Assembly (NCBI GenBank): GCA_963812135.1
Contig: CAWETU010000001.1
Coordinates: 1,792,001 to 1,856,000 of the forward strand
Length of the DNA stretch: 64,000 nt
Direction of reading: 5' to 3'
From: Vulcanimicrobiota bacterium
Lineage (GTDB): Bacteria; Vulcanimicrobiota; Vulcanimicrobiia; Eremiobacterales; Eremiobacteraceae
The translations under genes were made by a program, and so were the position numbers. This document shows, piece after piece, positions 9,666-19,809 of the stretch (position 1 is its first letter; every line of letters begins with the position of its first letter). The notes beneath the pieces were generated by a model. That model was not told where the DNA came from. It did not search any database and worked only from the letters and a program-made list of their open reading frames with translations.

Positions 9666-12600
9666 CTACGGGGGTCCTCTCGTCGTGAAGGTAATCGATG
9701 ACGTCGCGCTGCGCGTGCCATCGGTCACGATCACCTTCACCCAGTGTTTCAACGACTTCTTCAGGTGGACCGTCGCGCGAGTCACAGGTTCCTCGAATAC
9801 CTGATCGTACCAGCGGTTGCCATCCGGTGAGTATAAGACGGTTGCGAGCAGCGGCGTGCGGAGACCGCTGCTTTCCGTCCATGTCACGGCGACGTCGCTG
9901 GGCGAGCCAAGTTGCGCGTTCGCACTTGGTTCGGTGATCTGCACGCTCGGCGGCGTTTTTGAGATCGGCACTCGCCAGTCCACCCCATCGGGGCCGCGCA
10001 ATATCAGCGCGGCTGCGTGCGCGTTCGTTGGGATCTCGTACGCGAATGCCACCAACCCGCGGCGACGGCCGTTCTCGTCAAACCATTGCGGCTCGAACGG
10101 ATATGCGGCAAGCGTTTTGCCGCTCGCGTCATCGAGTTCAACTGACCAGTGTTCAACGCTGGTCGCTCGGCGTGACGCAAGGTCTGGCACACCGTTGAGA
10201 TCGTACGCCGGCCACAGGAACCCGCCGTACCGGCCGCTCTCCGAGTGCTTCACGGCGACGCCGCGCACGAGCATCACCTCGGGATCGGGATGTTTGACCA
10301 GCGTACGCGCGAGGTTCCAGTACGTGCATTGATCGTTCCATACAGAGTCCACCGGAGATGTCTCGCCGAAGAACGGATAGGTAGCATCTTCGTCTTTGCG
10401 TGGACCGGGAGCGTTGTTCGTGTCGATCCGATACCCGTTCGCCCAATGCACGGCTTTGTTGTGATAATCGCCGGGACGCTTGCATTGCCTCGACATCTGC
10501 GGGCTCGACCAGAGGTACGGCAGCGTGTGAGCCAATTCGTGCGCTTCGGTTAAGAACAGCTGACCCTGCTTGATCAAGACGAATTTCTGGTCGACCGCCG
10601 CCCCCAGCGTGTATGGACCCTCGAGAATATTCATATCGTGCGCGGACACCGTGACGACGAATCGATCGTATCCGGACTCTCGCGCCAGCACCGCGAAGCG
10701 CCGAGACAATTCCGCCTTGACCTTGTCCTCTCGCTTGTACTGATCGTGGAAATCGATGTCTTTTTGCTGGATGCCCGGCCAGGTCACTTTTTCGATCGTC
10801 GGGTTGAGGACGTTGGTGTTCGATAGATCGAGCGGATCGTATGCCCAGCCTTCGATCCAGTGCGGATACACGGGATAGTAGTCTGGAATGAACATCCCGG
10901 CTTGCGTCCCCAAGTCGTCGGAGGCGTTTTCGAGCGCGAGCGCGTCCGCGCCGACGACCGGCGTCAGGATGAGCGGTATGTATGCGATCTTGATGGGCGA
11001 TACCAAGTGCGCGTTGCCGCCAACCGTGAGGACGAGTCCGGTGCCCTGGCCGTCTCCGGTGATCAGCTCGTCCTTGATACTATATGGACCCTGCGCGTCG
11101 ATCTTGAACGGACCGACCGCGGGCGGCGGAACGCCGTCACCGTGAGCGACAAGGTCCGCCTCCCATGGCTCTTCGGCGCCGCGGTGTCCAGTCAGGGGGA
11201 TCTTCGTGACCTCGTCGCTCGTCCATAGCACGCGTCCGAGTGGACCCTCTTCCAGCGTGAACTGCATGCTCACGCCTTTGGGCGGATCGCTGCAGTTGGT
11301 CGTGCCGGCCATGTGGATGATGCTGTGCAGGCCGGCTTGGACTTTCGCTCCCTTATAACGGTAGTGCTCGACGCCGAACAGCAACGAGTCGCGATCCACG
11401 ATCATGTCCAGTTCGGCATCGTAGACGGGCGGATCGCCGGGCCGGCTCGTGCGCGTGATCTGTTTGGTTCCATGATCGTCGAAGATCTGATCGTCTTGCC
11501 ACACCCCTTGGACCGGCTCCATCCAGCCGTCGGTGATCTTGACGTCGCACGGCGTCGGCGTGGGCGATGGGGACGGCGGGTGCGTCGGCGGATATTCGGT
11601 CGGCGTGGCGCTTGGCACGGTCGTCGGCGGGTGGGAAGGAGGCGGCTCCGTGGGCGGTCTCCCGGTCGACAGCAGTGGCGGCGGCGTCTCGTTCTCGCGA
11701 CCGGTCGTCTTTGGCGGTCCGGTGTGCGCAGGCGTTGGGCTGGGCGTGTAATGGACGCCCGGCGGCCGAGACGTCGTCGTCGGCAAGATGCTCGGCCTCG
11801 GTTCGGTCTCGGCGTTGAGGGCGACGAGCGGCGTCTGCACATCGATGACGACGCGCACTTGAAGCTGCCCGGCACGTTGGCCGCGGATGTTCACCTCGCA
11901 CTGCCCATCGACGATCGGAACTCGGGCGCTCGAGCTGCCGTCGGCAAGCGACGCAGCGCCCGTCACATCAAAGCGCGCGAACGCCGGGTCCTTGCCAAGC
12001 CCTTCAACGTGCAGTCCGAGCGGCGCAATGACGCCGGGTTTGAGCGGCGGTAGCGGCGTGAACGTGATCGCGATGATGTCCGCGTTCAATCCGTTGGAGC
12101 GAAGGCTGCCCGATTGGGCGCTGACCACGCGCCTTCCGAGCGAGGCGTTGTCGTGCAGCTTGCCAACGATGCTCGAGTCGGAGGCGGCAAGCGTATCCAC
12201 GTCCGCGTCGCGGCCATCGATCAACACGCGCGCGTTTGTGGGATTGAGATCGCGGGTGTGCAGCTGCATGATCCCTTGCGAAAAACCGCCGCGTTCGAAG
12301 GCGGTGTTCGCTTCCAAAATCGCTGGACCGTGCGCTGGATACCCGATGACGGGCTGCGCATCCGGCAATCGTGCGAGTGCGGGCTTTTCGGCGACCTGGC
12401 ATGACGAACCGCGATCGGGGTCGCCATGAGCGTCGAAATGTTTGAAGAGCACCAATGCCGTGACGCCGCTCGCCAACACCGGCATGCGAAAGTGGAAATG
12501 GCCCTGCGAATCGGTGGCGCCCTTCCAATAGTGCTTGCCGCCACCGCCGTCCACCGCGCCGACGTAGAACTCAGCCGGACCCGTGCCGTCATCGGGCAAC

Positions 12601-12824
12601 ACGGTTCCGACGATCTCGCTCGACGGCCCCGCCAGCGGCGGCAGGTAGACGCCGCGATCGTCGCCCGTGCCGCTCTGCGCTTGCGGCGCGGTCGCGCTAT
12701 AGCGAGGATCCCCATTGAGCGACGCGTCCCCGGGCGCGCTCGGCGCAGCGGCAGCCGCGATGCTGCATGCGCACACGGCGATCATAGCGGCGATTCGCGG
12801 CAGCATTTCTTGATGTAGCTTCAT
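9666..12824 (-). CDS. Large secreted putative zinc metalloprotease with Pro/Thr linker and Ig-like domains
   Basis: Signal peptide, PT-rich linker, 'EAHELAHTL' HExxH motif, C-terminal 'PPSVQITEP...VKVIVTDG' Ig-like module. Confidence 0.7.
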   Translation of the reverse strand: MKLHQEMLPRIAAMIAVCACSIAAAAAPSAPGDASLNGDPRYSATAPQAQSGTGDDRGVYLPPLAGPSSEIVGTVLPDDGTGPAEFYVGAVDGGGGKHYWKGATDSQGHFHFRMPVLASGVTALVLFKHFDAHGDPDRGSSCQVAEKPALARLPDAQPVIGYPAHGPAILEANTAFERGGFSQGIMQLHTRDLNPTNARVLIDGRDADVDTLAASDSSIVGKLHDNASLGRRVVSAQSGSLRSNGLNADIIAITFTPLPPLKPGVIAPLGLHVEGLGKDPAFARFDVTGAASLADGSSSARVPIVDGQCEVNIRGQRAGQLQVRVVIDVQTPLVALNAETEPRPSILPTTTSRPPGVHYTPSPTPAHTGPPKTTGRENETPPPLLSTGRPPTEPPPSHPPTTVPSATPTEYPPTHPPSPSPTPTPCDVKITDGWMEPVQGVWQDDQIFDDHGTKQITRTSRPGDPPVYDAELDMIVDRDSLLFGVEHYRYKGAKVQAGLHSIIHMAGTTNCSDPPKGVSMQFTLEEGPLGRVLWTSDEVTKIPLTGHRGAEEPWEADLVAHGDGVPPPAVGPFKIDAQGPYSIKDELITGDGQGTGLVLTVGGNAHLVSPIKIAYIPLILTPVVGADALALENASDDLGTQAGMFIPDYYPVYPHWIEGWAYDPLDLSNTNVLNPTIEKVTWPGIQQKDIDFHDQYKREDKVKAELSRRFAVLARESGYDRFVVTVSAHDMNILEGPYTLGAAVDQKFVLIKQGQLFLTEAHELAHTLPYLWSSPQMSRQCKRPGDYHNKAVHWANGYRIDTNNAPGPRKDEDATYPFFGETSPVDSVWNDQCTYWNLARTLVKHPDPEVMLVRGVAVKHSESGRYGGFLWPAYDLNGVPDLASRRATSVEHWSVELDDASGKTLAAYPFEPQWFDENGRRRGLVAFAYEIPTNAHAAALILRGPDGVDWRVPISKTPPSVQITEPSANAQLGSPSDVAVTWTESSGLRTPLLATVLYSPDGNRWYDQVFEEPVTRATVHLKKSLKHWVKVIVTDGTRSATSSITFTTRGPP

Positions 12825-12834
12825 CGTCGTTCGC

Positions 12835-13899
12835 TTATCGCGGGGCGGACGCGCCCAGGGGCGCTGCTTGCACCGTGCCGCGAACGCCGTTGGCGATGAT
12901 GGCGCTCTGCGAGCCATCCGATGCTGTTTGCGGGCAGATCGTGATCGAATCCCCCGCGTTCCATCCGCGAGTGGTTTGTTGCATCGTCGGATCGGAGACG
13001 CGGTACGAACCAGCGCTCGTCTCGAGGACCGGTCCGTTCACGCTCGTCACGCGAGCCTCGCGACATGCCGAGGCTTGATGCGCCGGCTGCGCGCTGGGTC
13101 GTGGGAGCACCATGGCCGGGTTCACGCGCAAACGCGGCTTGGACGTGGGCTGAACAGTCGGCGCTTCACTCGGCGTTGCCGCAGCACGCGCCGGTTGCAC
13201 GGCTGCCGCGACTCCGTGAGGCGTCGTACCCACGGGCGCGGTCACGGCTACCGGCGTGGCACGCGGGCTCGCATGAACTTTGTGGGGCGTCGGCGCAGGC
13301 GCGATCGAAGGTGTCTGCGGCGCCGGCATGGTCGAGCTCGGCGTGTGGCGCGGCCACAACAGCCAGACGCTGGCGGCGGTCAAAATGACGGCCGCGCCGG
13401 CGCCAAGCCAGATCGGCCATGCTACAGCGATCTGAGGTTCGACCCGAACCGATTGCTCGATCGTGCGGCGCACGCGCCAGGCGCTGTCGCGCGCTTCTTG
13501 GGCCGCAAGTGCCAGGCGCTCGCGTTCGACTCGTTCTTCTTCTGCCTTCTTGCGCTCGGTCTCCCAATGCGCGCGGAATTTGTCCAACTGCTCGACATAG
13601 GATTTACCGCGATCGGTGACATCCTCGAGCAGGTAGCTCTGTGTCGGTATCTGGCTTGGAGGTTTTTTGGTCGGATCGGTGAGCGATTCGTCATACGCCG
13701 TGCGCTTCTCAGGGTCTTTAAGCGTCAGCCACGCCTCATTGACCGCCGCCATCAGGCGGTGCGTGTCGAGATTGTCGAGCCGGCTGATGTCGGGATGCAC
13801 TTTGATGAGCAGCGCCCGGTAGGCGCCCTCGATCTCCGCGGGCGTCGCTTGCGGGCTCACGCCAAGCAAGTCATAGAATGTGAGATTAGAATCCGACAT
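12835..13899 (-). CDS. Membrane-anchored J-domain protein
   Basis: 'FYDLLGVSPQAT..EI..AYR.L....HPD...NEAW.TL.DP.KR..YD', then coiled coil, TM helix and Pro-rich region. Confidence 0.85.
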   Translation of the reverse strand: MSDSNLTFYDLLGVSPQATPAEIEGAYRALLIKVHPDISRLDNLDTHRLMAAVNEAWLTLKDPEKRTAYDESLTDPTKKPPSQIPTQSYLLEDVTDRGKSYVEQLDKFRAHWETERKKAEEERVERERLALAAQEARDSAWRVRRTIEQSVRVEPQIAVAWPIWLGAGAAVILTAASVWLLWPRHTPSSTMPAPQTPSIAPAPTPHKVHASPRATPVAVTAPVGTTPHGVAAAVQPARAAATPSEAPTVQPTSKPRLRVNPAMVLPRPSAQPAHQASACREARVTSVNGPVLETSAGSYRVSDPTMQQTTRGWNAGDSITICPQTASDGSQSAIIANGVRGTVQAAPLGASAPR

Positions 13900-13984
13900 C
13901 CAGCGATGTAGGTTGGCGGTCTTGCGGCCCCATACATCCCGCGCTCCAGGCGGCCTCGACGGCAAGCGCCAATACTCGCGGCAC

Positions 13985-14779
13985 ATGACATCGTCCTTGC
14001 GAGACCGGGTAGCGCTCATCGCCGGCGCGTCCGGCAGCATCGGGTCCGTGACGGCGCGCGCACTCGCGAGCCGAGGCGCGAGCGTGATCCTGGCCGCGCT
14101 CCCCGATCGCTCGCTCGATGCATTGGCAGACGAGCTTCGCGCGCAGGGCGCGCGCGTGCTCGCCGTGCCGACCGACATCACGCAACGCGCGGATGTCGAC
14201 CGGCTTGTCGCTGCGACGCTTGCAGAGTTCGGGCGTATCGATGTGCTCGTCAACTTGGCGGGCATCGGGGCCCCTCCGTCGTTTTGCGACTGCTCCGCCG
14301 ATAAGATCCGCGACGTGATCGAGGTGAATCTGGTGGGTCCTGCGCTCCTCATGCACGCGGTGTTGCCGACGATGAAGGCGCAGCGCTCGGGCGCTATCGT
14401 CAACGTCGGCTCAATCGCCGGCGAAGTCGCGATCATGGGGATCTATTCCGCCTCGAAATTCGGGCTGCGCGGATTGAGCGACTCGGTGCGCCGCGAAGTG
14501 CGCAGCTTCAACATCTCGGTGAGCCTGATCGAACCCGGTTTGGTGCGCTCGACGATGAACCCGGCGCACGGCGATGCCCTGCCGCCGCCCGACATCGTGG
14601 CGGACGCGATCGTCAGCGCGATCGCCCATCCACGCCGAGCTCGCATCGTGCCTTGGACGTACCGGCTACCAGCACTCTTGGTCAATGCGTTTCCCTGGCT
14701 CAGCGATCTCGTGTTCGGCCATCCGCGCATCCAAGAGCGCATGAACCGCGATTCGCGCGCGACGTCGTCGAGCGAATGA
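13985..14779 (+). CDS. SDR family oxidoreductase
   Basis: 'AGASGSIG', 'YSASK', 'IEPG'. Confidence 0.92.
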   Translation: MTSSLRDRVALIAGASGSIGSVTARALASRGASVILAALPDRSLDALADELRAQGARVLAVPTDITQRADVDRLVAATLAEFGRIDVLVNLAGIGAPPSFCDCSADKIRDVIEVNLVGPALLMHAVLPTMKAQRSGAIVNVGSIAGEVAIMGIYSASKFGLRGLSDSVRREVRSFNISVSLIEPGLVRSTMNPAHGDALPPPDIVADAIVSAIAHPRRARIVPWTYRLPALLVNAFPWLSDLVFGHPRIQERMNRDSRATSSSE

Positions 14780-15609
14780 CGCAACGCGCCGTCGTGGTCA
14801 CGGGCGCTTCCAGCGGGATCGGCGCAGCGGCCGCCGAGCTGCTCGCGCGCGAGGGCTTCCTCACATACGCTGGAGTCCGTTCGCCCGAGGACGGCGCAAA
14901 GATCGCGGCGTTGCACGAGAACATCCGGCCGCTGCGCCTTGACGTCACCGATCGCGACTCGATCGCCGCCGCGGCCGAGGTCGTGGTGAGGAGCGGAGCA
15001 TCGTTGCACGGCCTGGTCAGCAACGCGGGCATCGCGGTCGGCGGCCCGCTCGAGTTCTTGCCGGTCGACGAGCTGCGCCGCCAGTTCGAGGTCAACGTCT
15101 TCGGCGGGGTCGCCGTCAGCCAAGCGTTTCTCCCGCAGTTGCGCGTGTCACACGGCCGGATCGTCTTCGTCGGTTCTGTGTCAGGCCGCATCGCCGTGCC
15201 GTATCTCGGCCCGTACGCCGCGTCGAAATTCGCTTTGCGTGGACTAACCGACGCGCTGCGCGCCGAATTGGCTCCCGCGGGCGTGTTCGTAGCGCTCGTC
15301 GAGCCGGGTTCCGTCAAAACGCCGATCTGGAAAAAGGGGCGAGAATCTCGAGCGCGGCTCGAGCAGACGCTCGGGCCGCAGGCCATCGCGCACTACCGCG
15401 ATGCGATCGACCGATTATTCCGCCAGACCCAAGCCGCCGAACTGGGCGCGATGCCCGTCGAACGCGTGACGGTCGCCATTTGGCACGCGCTCACGGCCCG
15501 GCGGCCGCACACCAACTACCTCGTCGGTTCGAAATTGGCTACCCTCATCGCGACGTTGCCGCCGCGCGTCCGCGACCGGCTCGCCTTTCGCGTCCGTCAC
15601 CTTCACTAA
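14776..15609 (+). CDS. SDR family oxidoreductase
   Basis: 'TGASSGIG', 'SNAG', 'YAASK'; ATGA overlap with the upstream SDR. Confidence 0.93.
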   Translation: MTQRAVVVTGASSGIGAAAAELLAREGFLTYAGVRSPEDGAKIAALHENIRPLRLDVTDRDSIAAAAEVVVRSGASLHGLVSNAGIAVGGPLEFLPVDELRRQFEVNVFGGVAVSQAFLPQLRVSHGRIVFVGSVSGRIAVPYLGPYAASKFALRGLTDALRAELAPAGVFVALVEPGSVKTPIWKKGRESRARLEQTLGPQAIAHYRDAIDRLFRQTQAAELGAMPVERVTVAIWHALTARRPHTNYLVGSKLATLIATLPPRVRDRLAFRVRHLH

Positions 15610-15617
15610 GAGCGGCG

Positions 15618-15827
15618 CTAGCGTTTCAGCTCTACCATGCGGCAACGCGGGCAGTTGTAGAGCTGGAGCGTGATCTTGTCTTCCCCCAGCTCAGCCCACT
15701 GGCCGAGGAAGAACAGCGCTGCTCCGGTCTCGCCCCCGGTTCGAAAATCAAACACGCCGACGTACGATAGCGGTGTCTTGCAACGCACGCAGGCCTCGTT
15801 CGGATCGACGTTCGGCTGTGCGCTCAT
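15618..15827 (-). CDS. Small zinc-ribbon protein
   Basis: CxxC...CxxC ('CVRC', 'CPRCRMVEL'), 69 aa. Confidence 0.7.
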   Translation of the reverse strand: MSAQPNVDPNEACVRCKTPLSYVGVFDFRTGGETGAALFFLGQWAELGEDKITLQLYNCPRCRMVELKR

Positions 15828-15842
15828 GCGGTTTCGCCCTCC

Positions 15843-17165
15843 TCAGCCGCCAAGGCTCGGAAAGATCAACTGCAACGTCGAGATCAACGTAAGCACGCTT
15901 ACGATGATAACCGTCGCCCAGGAGATGATGTTCGAGATAAGGTTGTTGGTGTACGCACCCATCAACATCTTATTGTTGATCAGCAGCAGCATCAAGACGA
16001 GGACAAGGGGCAGCAGCGCCCCATTGAGCACCTGCGACCAGAAGATGATATCCAGCAACGGCGCGCGCGGTATGAGCACGATGGCCGCGCCGATCACGAT
16101 GAGCGCCGCATACAGGCTATAGAAGAACCTGGCGTCGCTGAATTTCTTCTCGACCCCCGATTCGAAACCAAACGCTTCGCACACGTAATACGCAGTCGAG
16201 AGCGGCAGGATGGATGCGGTGAATACGCCCGCGTTGAGCAGACCCAGCGCGAAGAGCAGCGACGCCCATTTGCCCGCCAGCGGCGCGAGGGCCGCAGCCA
16301 GCTTGTTGACATCGTCGACGACGATCTGCCCCGTCGGGCCGGCATGGACGTTGTGCACGTAGATGGTCGCGGCCGCGGCCACCATGATGAAGAACGCGAT
16401 GAAGTCGGTGAAGAGCGCACCGGTCACGACGTCAATCCGCGCGTAGCGCAGCTCCGATGCTTTCACCCCCTTTTCGACGATCGCCGCCTGGATGTAGAAC
16501 TGCATCCAGGGCGAGATGGTCGTGCCGATGATCGCGATCGCCATGAGCAGATACGCTTTGGTCGCCGTGAAATGCGGCCAGACGAACTGGGTCATCGCCT
16601 CGTGCCAATCGGGCCGCACGATGAAACAGCTGACGACGTACGTCAGATAGACGAAGCAGAAGAAAAAGAACACCTTCTCGACGGCGGCGTAGTTGCCGCG
16701 CGTCACGACGGTGAAGACGAATATGGCGACGACCGGGACCAGCAGAAATTTGGTCAGCCACGGGAGATAGGTGTGGAACACCCCTGCGGCGGAAGCAACG
16801 CCGGCGAACTCCGACGTGATCGTTCCCACATTGCCCAATAGAAAGAGCAGCAGCACCCAGAACGTCAGCTTGACGCCGAAGTTCTCACGGATGAGGTCGG
16901 CCAACCCCTTGCCAGTGACCGCGCCCATGCGCGCGCACATCTCTTGGATGACCAGCAGCGCGATCGTCACCGGGATGAGGATCCACAGCTGCGTGTAGCC
17001 GAACTGCGCGCCGGACAGCGAGTACGTCGTGATGCCGCCGACATCGTTGTCGGCGTTGGCCGTGATGATGCCCGGGCCGACCACCGACAAGAATAGGAGC
17101 ACCGATCGCCAGGCGCCGGGCCGGCGGATCGAGAGTCGCTCCTGTGTCTGCTGCAGTGTCGCCAT
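15843..17165 (-). CDS. NRAMP-family divalent metal transporter, likely Mg2+-type (NrmT-like)
   Basis: 'GPGIITANADNDVGGITTYS', 'QEMCARMG.VTGKGL', 'GTTISPW'; M-box upstream. Confidence 0.9.
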   Translation of the reverse strand: MATLQQTQERLSIRRPGAWRSVLLFLSVVGPGIITANADNDVGGITTYSLSGAQFGYTQLWILIPVTIALLVIQEMCARMGAVTGKGLADLIRENFGVKLTFWVLLLFLLGNVGTITSEFAGVASAAGVFHTYLPWLTKFLLVPVVAIFVFTVVTRGNYAAVEKVFFFFCFVYLTYVVSCFIVRPDWHEAMTQFVWPHFTATKAYLLMAIAIIGTTISPWMQFYIQAAIVEKGVKASELRYARIDVVTGALFTDFIAFFIMVAAAATIYVHNVHAGPTGQIVVDDVNKLAAALAPLAGKWASLLFALGLLNAGVFTASILPLSTAYYVCEAFGFESGVEKKFSDARFFYSLYAALIVIGAAIVLIPRAPLLDIIFWSQVLNGALLPLVLVLMLLLINNKMLMGAYTNNLISNIISWATVIIVSVLTLISTLQLIFPSLGG

Positions 17166-17204
17166 AAAAACAAAGACCGCCGGCACTCGTCGCACTCAAC
17201 GGTC
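17166..17204 (-). terminator. Riboswitch expression-platform terminator
   Basis: GACCGTTG...CGGCGGTC followed by TTTGTTTTT; its 5' arm CGTTGAG can pair with CTCAACG of the aptamer. Confidence 0.7.
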
Positions 17205-17244
17205 ATGAATAGCAGTGTCGGGCCTACGTGGTCGAGCCCAGCGC

Positions 17245-17400
17245 CCTCATGCGTTGAGTTTTGGCACGACGCGCCATAAAGTCGAGTGACTTAGCCGTCT
17301 TAGATACCGCCTTATTTCGGCGGTGCCTGGTCACCCATTGGGGTCTCTCGACCTTTCCGGGTAGCGGCCTTTCTGCGTGTCGACGCCTCACCTAACGAGG
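17245..17400 (-). ncRNA. M-box (ykoK) Mg2+ riboswitch
   Basis: CGTTAGGTGAGGC...CCAATGGGT...ATAAGG...GTGCCAAAACTCAACG follows the ykoK-leader pattern. Confidence 0.93.
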
Positions 17401-17481
17401 TCTTACTTGGTCGATTCTACCTCCCGTGCCGCCGGGGCGTCAACCCCAGGCACCTCACGATTCCGAGCGGAGCCCCTTCGC

Positions 17482-17898
17482 TTAAGCTCCCGGCATTGCG
17501 TGCAATTCACAGTTGACTATATCGACGGCCACGTTCGTATTGAGCGCTTGCCATTCGGTGAGGATCCTCGTGGTTTGTGGACTCGCCACGAATACGTAAA
17601 TCGATGAGTCGCTCGGATCCCGAATCCATCGGACAAGAGACCTTTCGGGCGCCGGCACCCGGTTCGCCCACTTCTCAATAACGTGTTGTTCGGCTAATTT
17701 GACATGCTCACGTTTGTATGAGTCCGCTGTTGCGGGGAACATCTTTTGATAGATCCAGCAGGTTGGGTTGGGTGAGATGATGATCGGGACATCTAGATTT
17801 GTCGCCGGGGCCTTGACCGTTTGGGCGGTCCGCTGGCAACCCGACAACACCAGGATCGTGAGGATCAGTGGAAGGACGCTAAGGCGAAGACCAATCAT
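17482..17898 (-). CDS. Hypothetical lipoprotein
   Basis: Hydrophobic N-terminus with LSGC lipobox. Confidence 0.6.
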   Translation of the reverse strand: MIGLRLSVLPLILTILVLSGCQRTAQTVKAPATNLDVPIIISPNPTCWIYQKMFPATADSYKREHVKLAEQHVIEKWANRVPAPERSLVRWIRDPSDSSIYVFVASPQTTRILTEWQALNTNVAVDIVNCELHAMPGA

Positions 17899-17939
17899 GA
17901 TAGATCACTCCGCTGGTCCTACGACTCTAAAAGCAAAAG

Positions 17940-17986
17940 CCCCGAGCATTGCTCGGGGCCGCACCCGAGCCGCCCTCGGGTTCTAA
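17940..17986 (-). repeat. Degenerate REP family-2 double hairpin, may also terminate hup
   Basis: CCCCGAGC-att-GCTCGGGG plus CCCGAGC-cgc-CCTCGGG-TTCTA. Confidence 0.6.
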
Positions 17987-18003
17987 ATGTCGTGTCGGCT
18001 GAG

Positions 18004-18291
18004 CTACTTCTTCTTGCCTTTGTTGACGCTCTCGCGCAGGTCCTTGCCCGGGTGGAAGGCCGGCACCGTGCGTGCGGCGATCATCAGCTTCTCGCCGGTC
18101 TTGGGGTTGCGGCCCTCGCGTGCTTTTCGCTTGCGCACCTCGAAGCTACCAAACGGGATCAACTGCACTTTTTCGCCCTTCTGCAGCGCTCCCTTGATGC
18201 ACTCCAACAGCGTGTCGACGGCATTCGTGACGTCGCGCTTGGTCAGCTCGGTCTTCTCCGCAACTTCCTCGATCAGCTCAGCTTTGGTCAT
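18004..18291 (-). CDS. hup: DNA-binding protein HU
   Basis: 'MTKAELIEEVA...FGSFEVRKRKAREGRNPKTGE...PAF.PGK.L'. Confidence 0.97.
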   Translation of the reverse strand: MTKAELIEEVAEKTELTKRDVTNAVDTLLECIKGALQKGEKVQLIPFGSFEVRKRKAREGRNPKTGEKLMIAARTVPAFHPGKDLRESVNKGKKK

Positions 18292-18388
18292 CGTTTCCCC
18301 TCCAGCGTGGTGATGCACTCACAAAATGAAATTGTGTCTACTCGCAGCCTTTAGCTCGCGCGCTTGCGATTCCTGCCCTCGATGCGCC

Positions 18389-18839
18389 TCAACGCTTTAT
18401 TCTATCGAGCATTCCCGCGACTGCGCGCAACGCCAGGAGGTAGGAGTCGGCGCCAAAACCAGCGACCGTACCGTCGACCACCGGCGAGATGACCGACCGA
18501 CGGCGAAACGGCTCGCGAGAATAGATGTTGCTCAGGTGCACTTCGACTTTCGGCACACGGACGGACGCGAGCGCGTCGCGGATGGCATACGAGTAGTGCG
18601 TGTACGCGCCCGGGTTGATCACGATCGCCTTCTCTTCCGCCGCCGCCAGGTGGATCTCGTTGATGAGCTCGCCTTCGCCTTGGCGCTGCATCGTTTCGAT
18701 CTCGAGCTTCAGCTCCTTGGCGAGACTGCGCAGCGCATCATCGACCTCGCCTGAGCGTGGTCGTCCCGTAGACATCCGGCTCGCGGGTGCCGAGCGCGTT
18801 GAGGTTCGGGCCATGGAGCACGACGACACGCCGCTTCAT
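18389..18839 (-). CDS. aroQ: Type II 3-dehydroquinate dehydratase, 1-nt insertion near 18752
   Basis: '[18 protein letters not shown]' in one frame; '[10 protein letters not shown]', '[13 protein letters not shown]' in the next. Confidence 0.92.
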
Positions 18840-18918
18840 GTGCGCGCGGTTCGGCCGGAATGGTTCCGACACCTCGACGAAAGGGGCGCCCGCGTGCGTC
18901 CGAAAAACTCTTCTGTTG

Positions 18919-19809
18919 ATGCAACACGACTATGCTGCCACCGCGATCGCCGCGGGCGAAACCGCGCGGATCGTCGCAGCCCGCACGACCGAGATCGTGC
19001 GCGAGGCTCAGGCGCGCCATGACTGCTCGCCGACGGTCACCGCGGGTCTGGGCCGCCTTTTGACCGGCGCGGCGCTCATCGGCATCGGCTTGAGCGGCAG
19101 CGAGCGTCTGACGCTGCAGATCAACGGCACCGGACCCGTGCGCTTCTTGGTGGCCGAGGCGATGCCAGGTGGCCGCGTGCGCGGATATCCCGGCCGGGCG
19201 CGCGCCGAAGTGCCGCTCAATGCGAGCGGCAAGTTCGACGTCGGAGGCGCGATCGGCAACGGGTCACTGCATGTGACGCGTATCTACGACACTGGGCTGC
19301 CGTATACGAGCGCGGTGCCGCTGCGAAGCGGTGAGATCGGCGACGATCTCGCTTATTATTTCGCCAACTCGGAACAGGTGCCGAGCGTCGTCGCGGTCGG
19401 GGTGCTTGCCAATCCGCAAGGCGTGCTCGCGGCCGGCGGGATCATCGCGCAGCTATTGCCAGGCGCGGATGTCTCGACGATCGAGACGCTGGAGCGCGCC
19501 GCCCGCGCCCTTCCGCAGATCAGTTCGCTCGTGCGCGCCGGTTTGACACCCGAGCAGATGATCGAGCGCTTCGCCGCTGGTCTCGAGCCCAGGGTCAGCC
19601 ACATCCAGCCGCTCGCGTTTTCGTGTTTGTGCAACCGCACACGCGTGGTGCGCGCCCTCGTGACGCTTGGTATGGAAGCCTTACGCGAGATGGCTGCCGC
19701 CAGCGAGGACACAGAGGCGACGTGCGACTTCTGCGGGCAGCGCTATTACTTCGCGCCGGACGAGATCGGGAAGATCCTCAGCGCTGCGAGCGCGCAGGAC
19801 GTTTCTTAG
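18919..19809 (+). CDS. hslO: Hsp33 redox chaperone
   Basis: 'SEQVPS...GVL', C-terminal CxC...CxxC zinc site. Confidence 0.93.
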   Translation: MQHDYAATAIAAGETARIVAARTTEIVREAQARHDCSPTVTAGLGRLLTGAALIGIGLSGSERLTLQINGTGPVRFLVAEAMPGGRVRGYPGRARAEVPLNASGKFDVGGAIGNGSLHVTRIYDTGLPYTSAVPLRSGEIGDDLAYYFANSEQVPSVVAVGVLANPQGVLAAGGIIAQLLPGADVSTIETLERAARALPQISSLVRAGLTPEQMIERFAAGLEPRVSHIQPLAFSCLCNRTRVVRALVTLGMEALREMAAASEDTEATCDFCGQRYYFAPDEIGKILSAASAQDVS

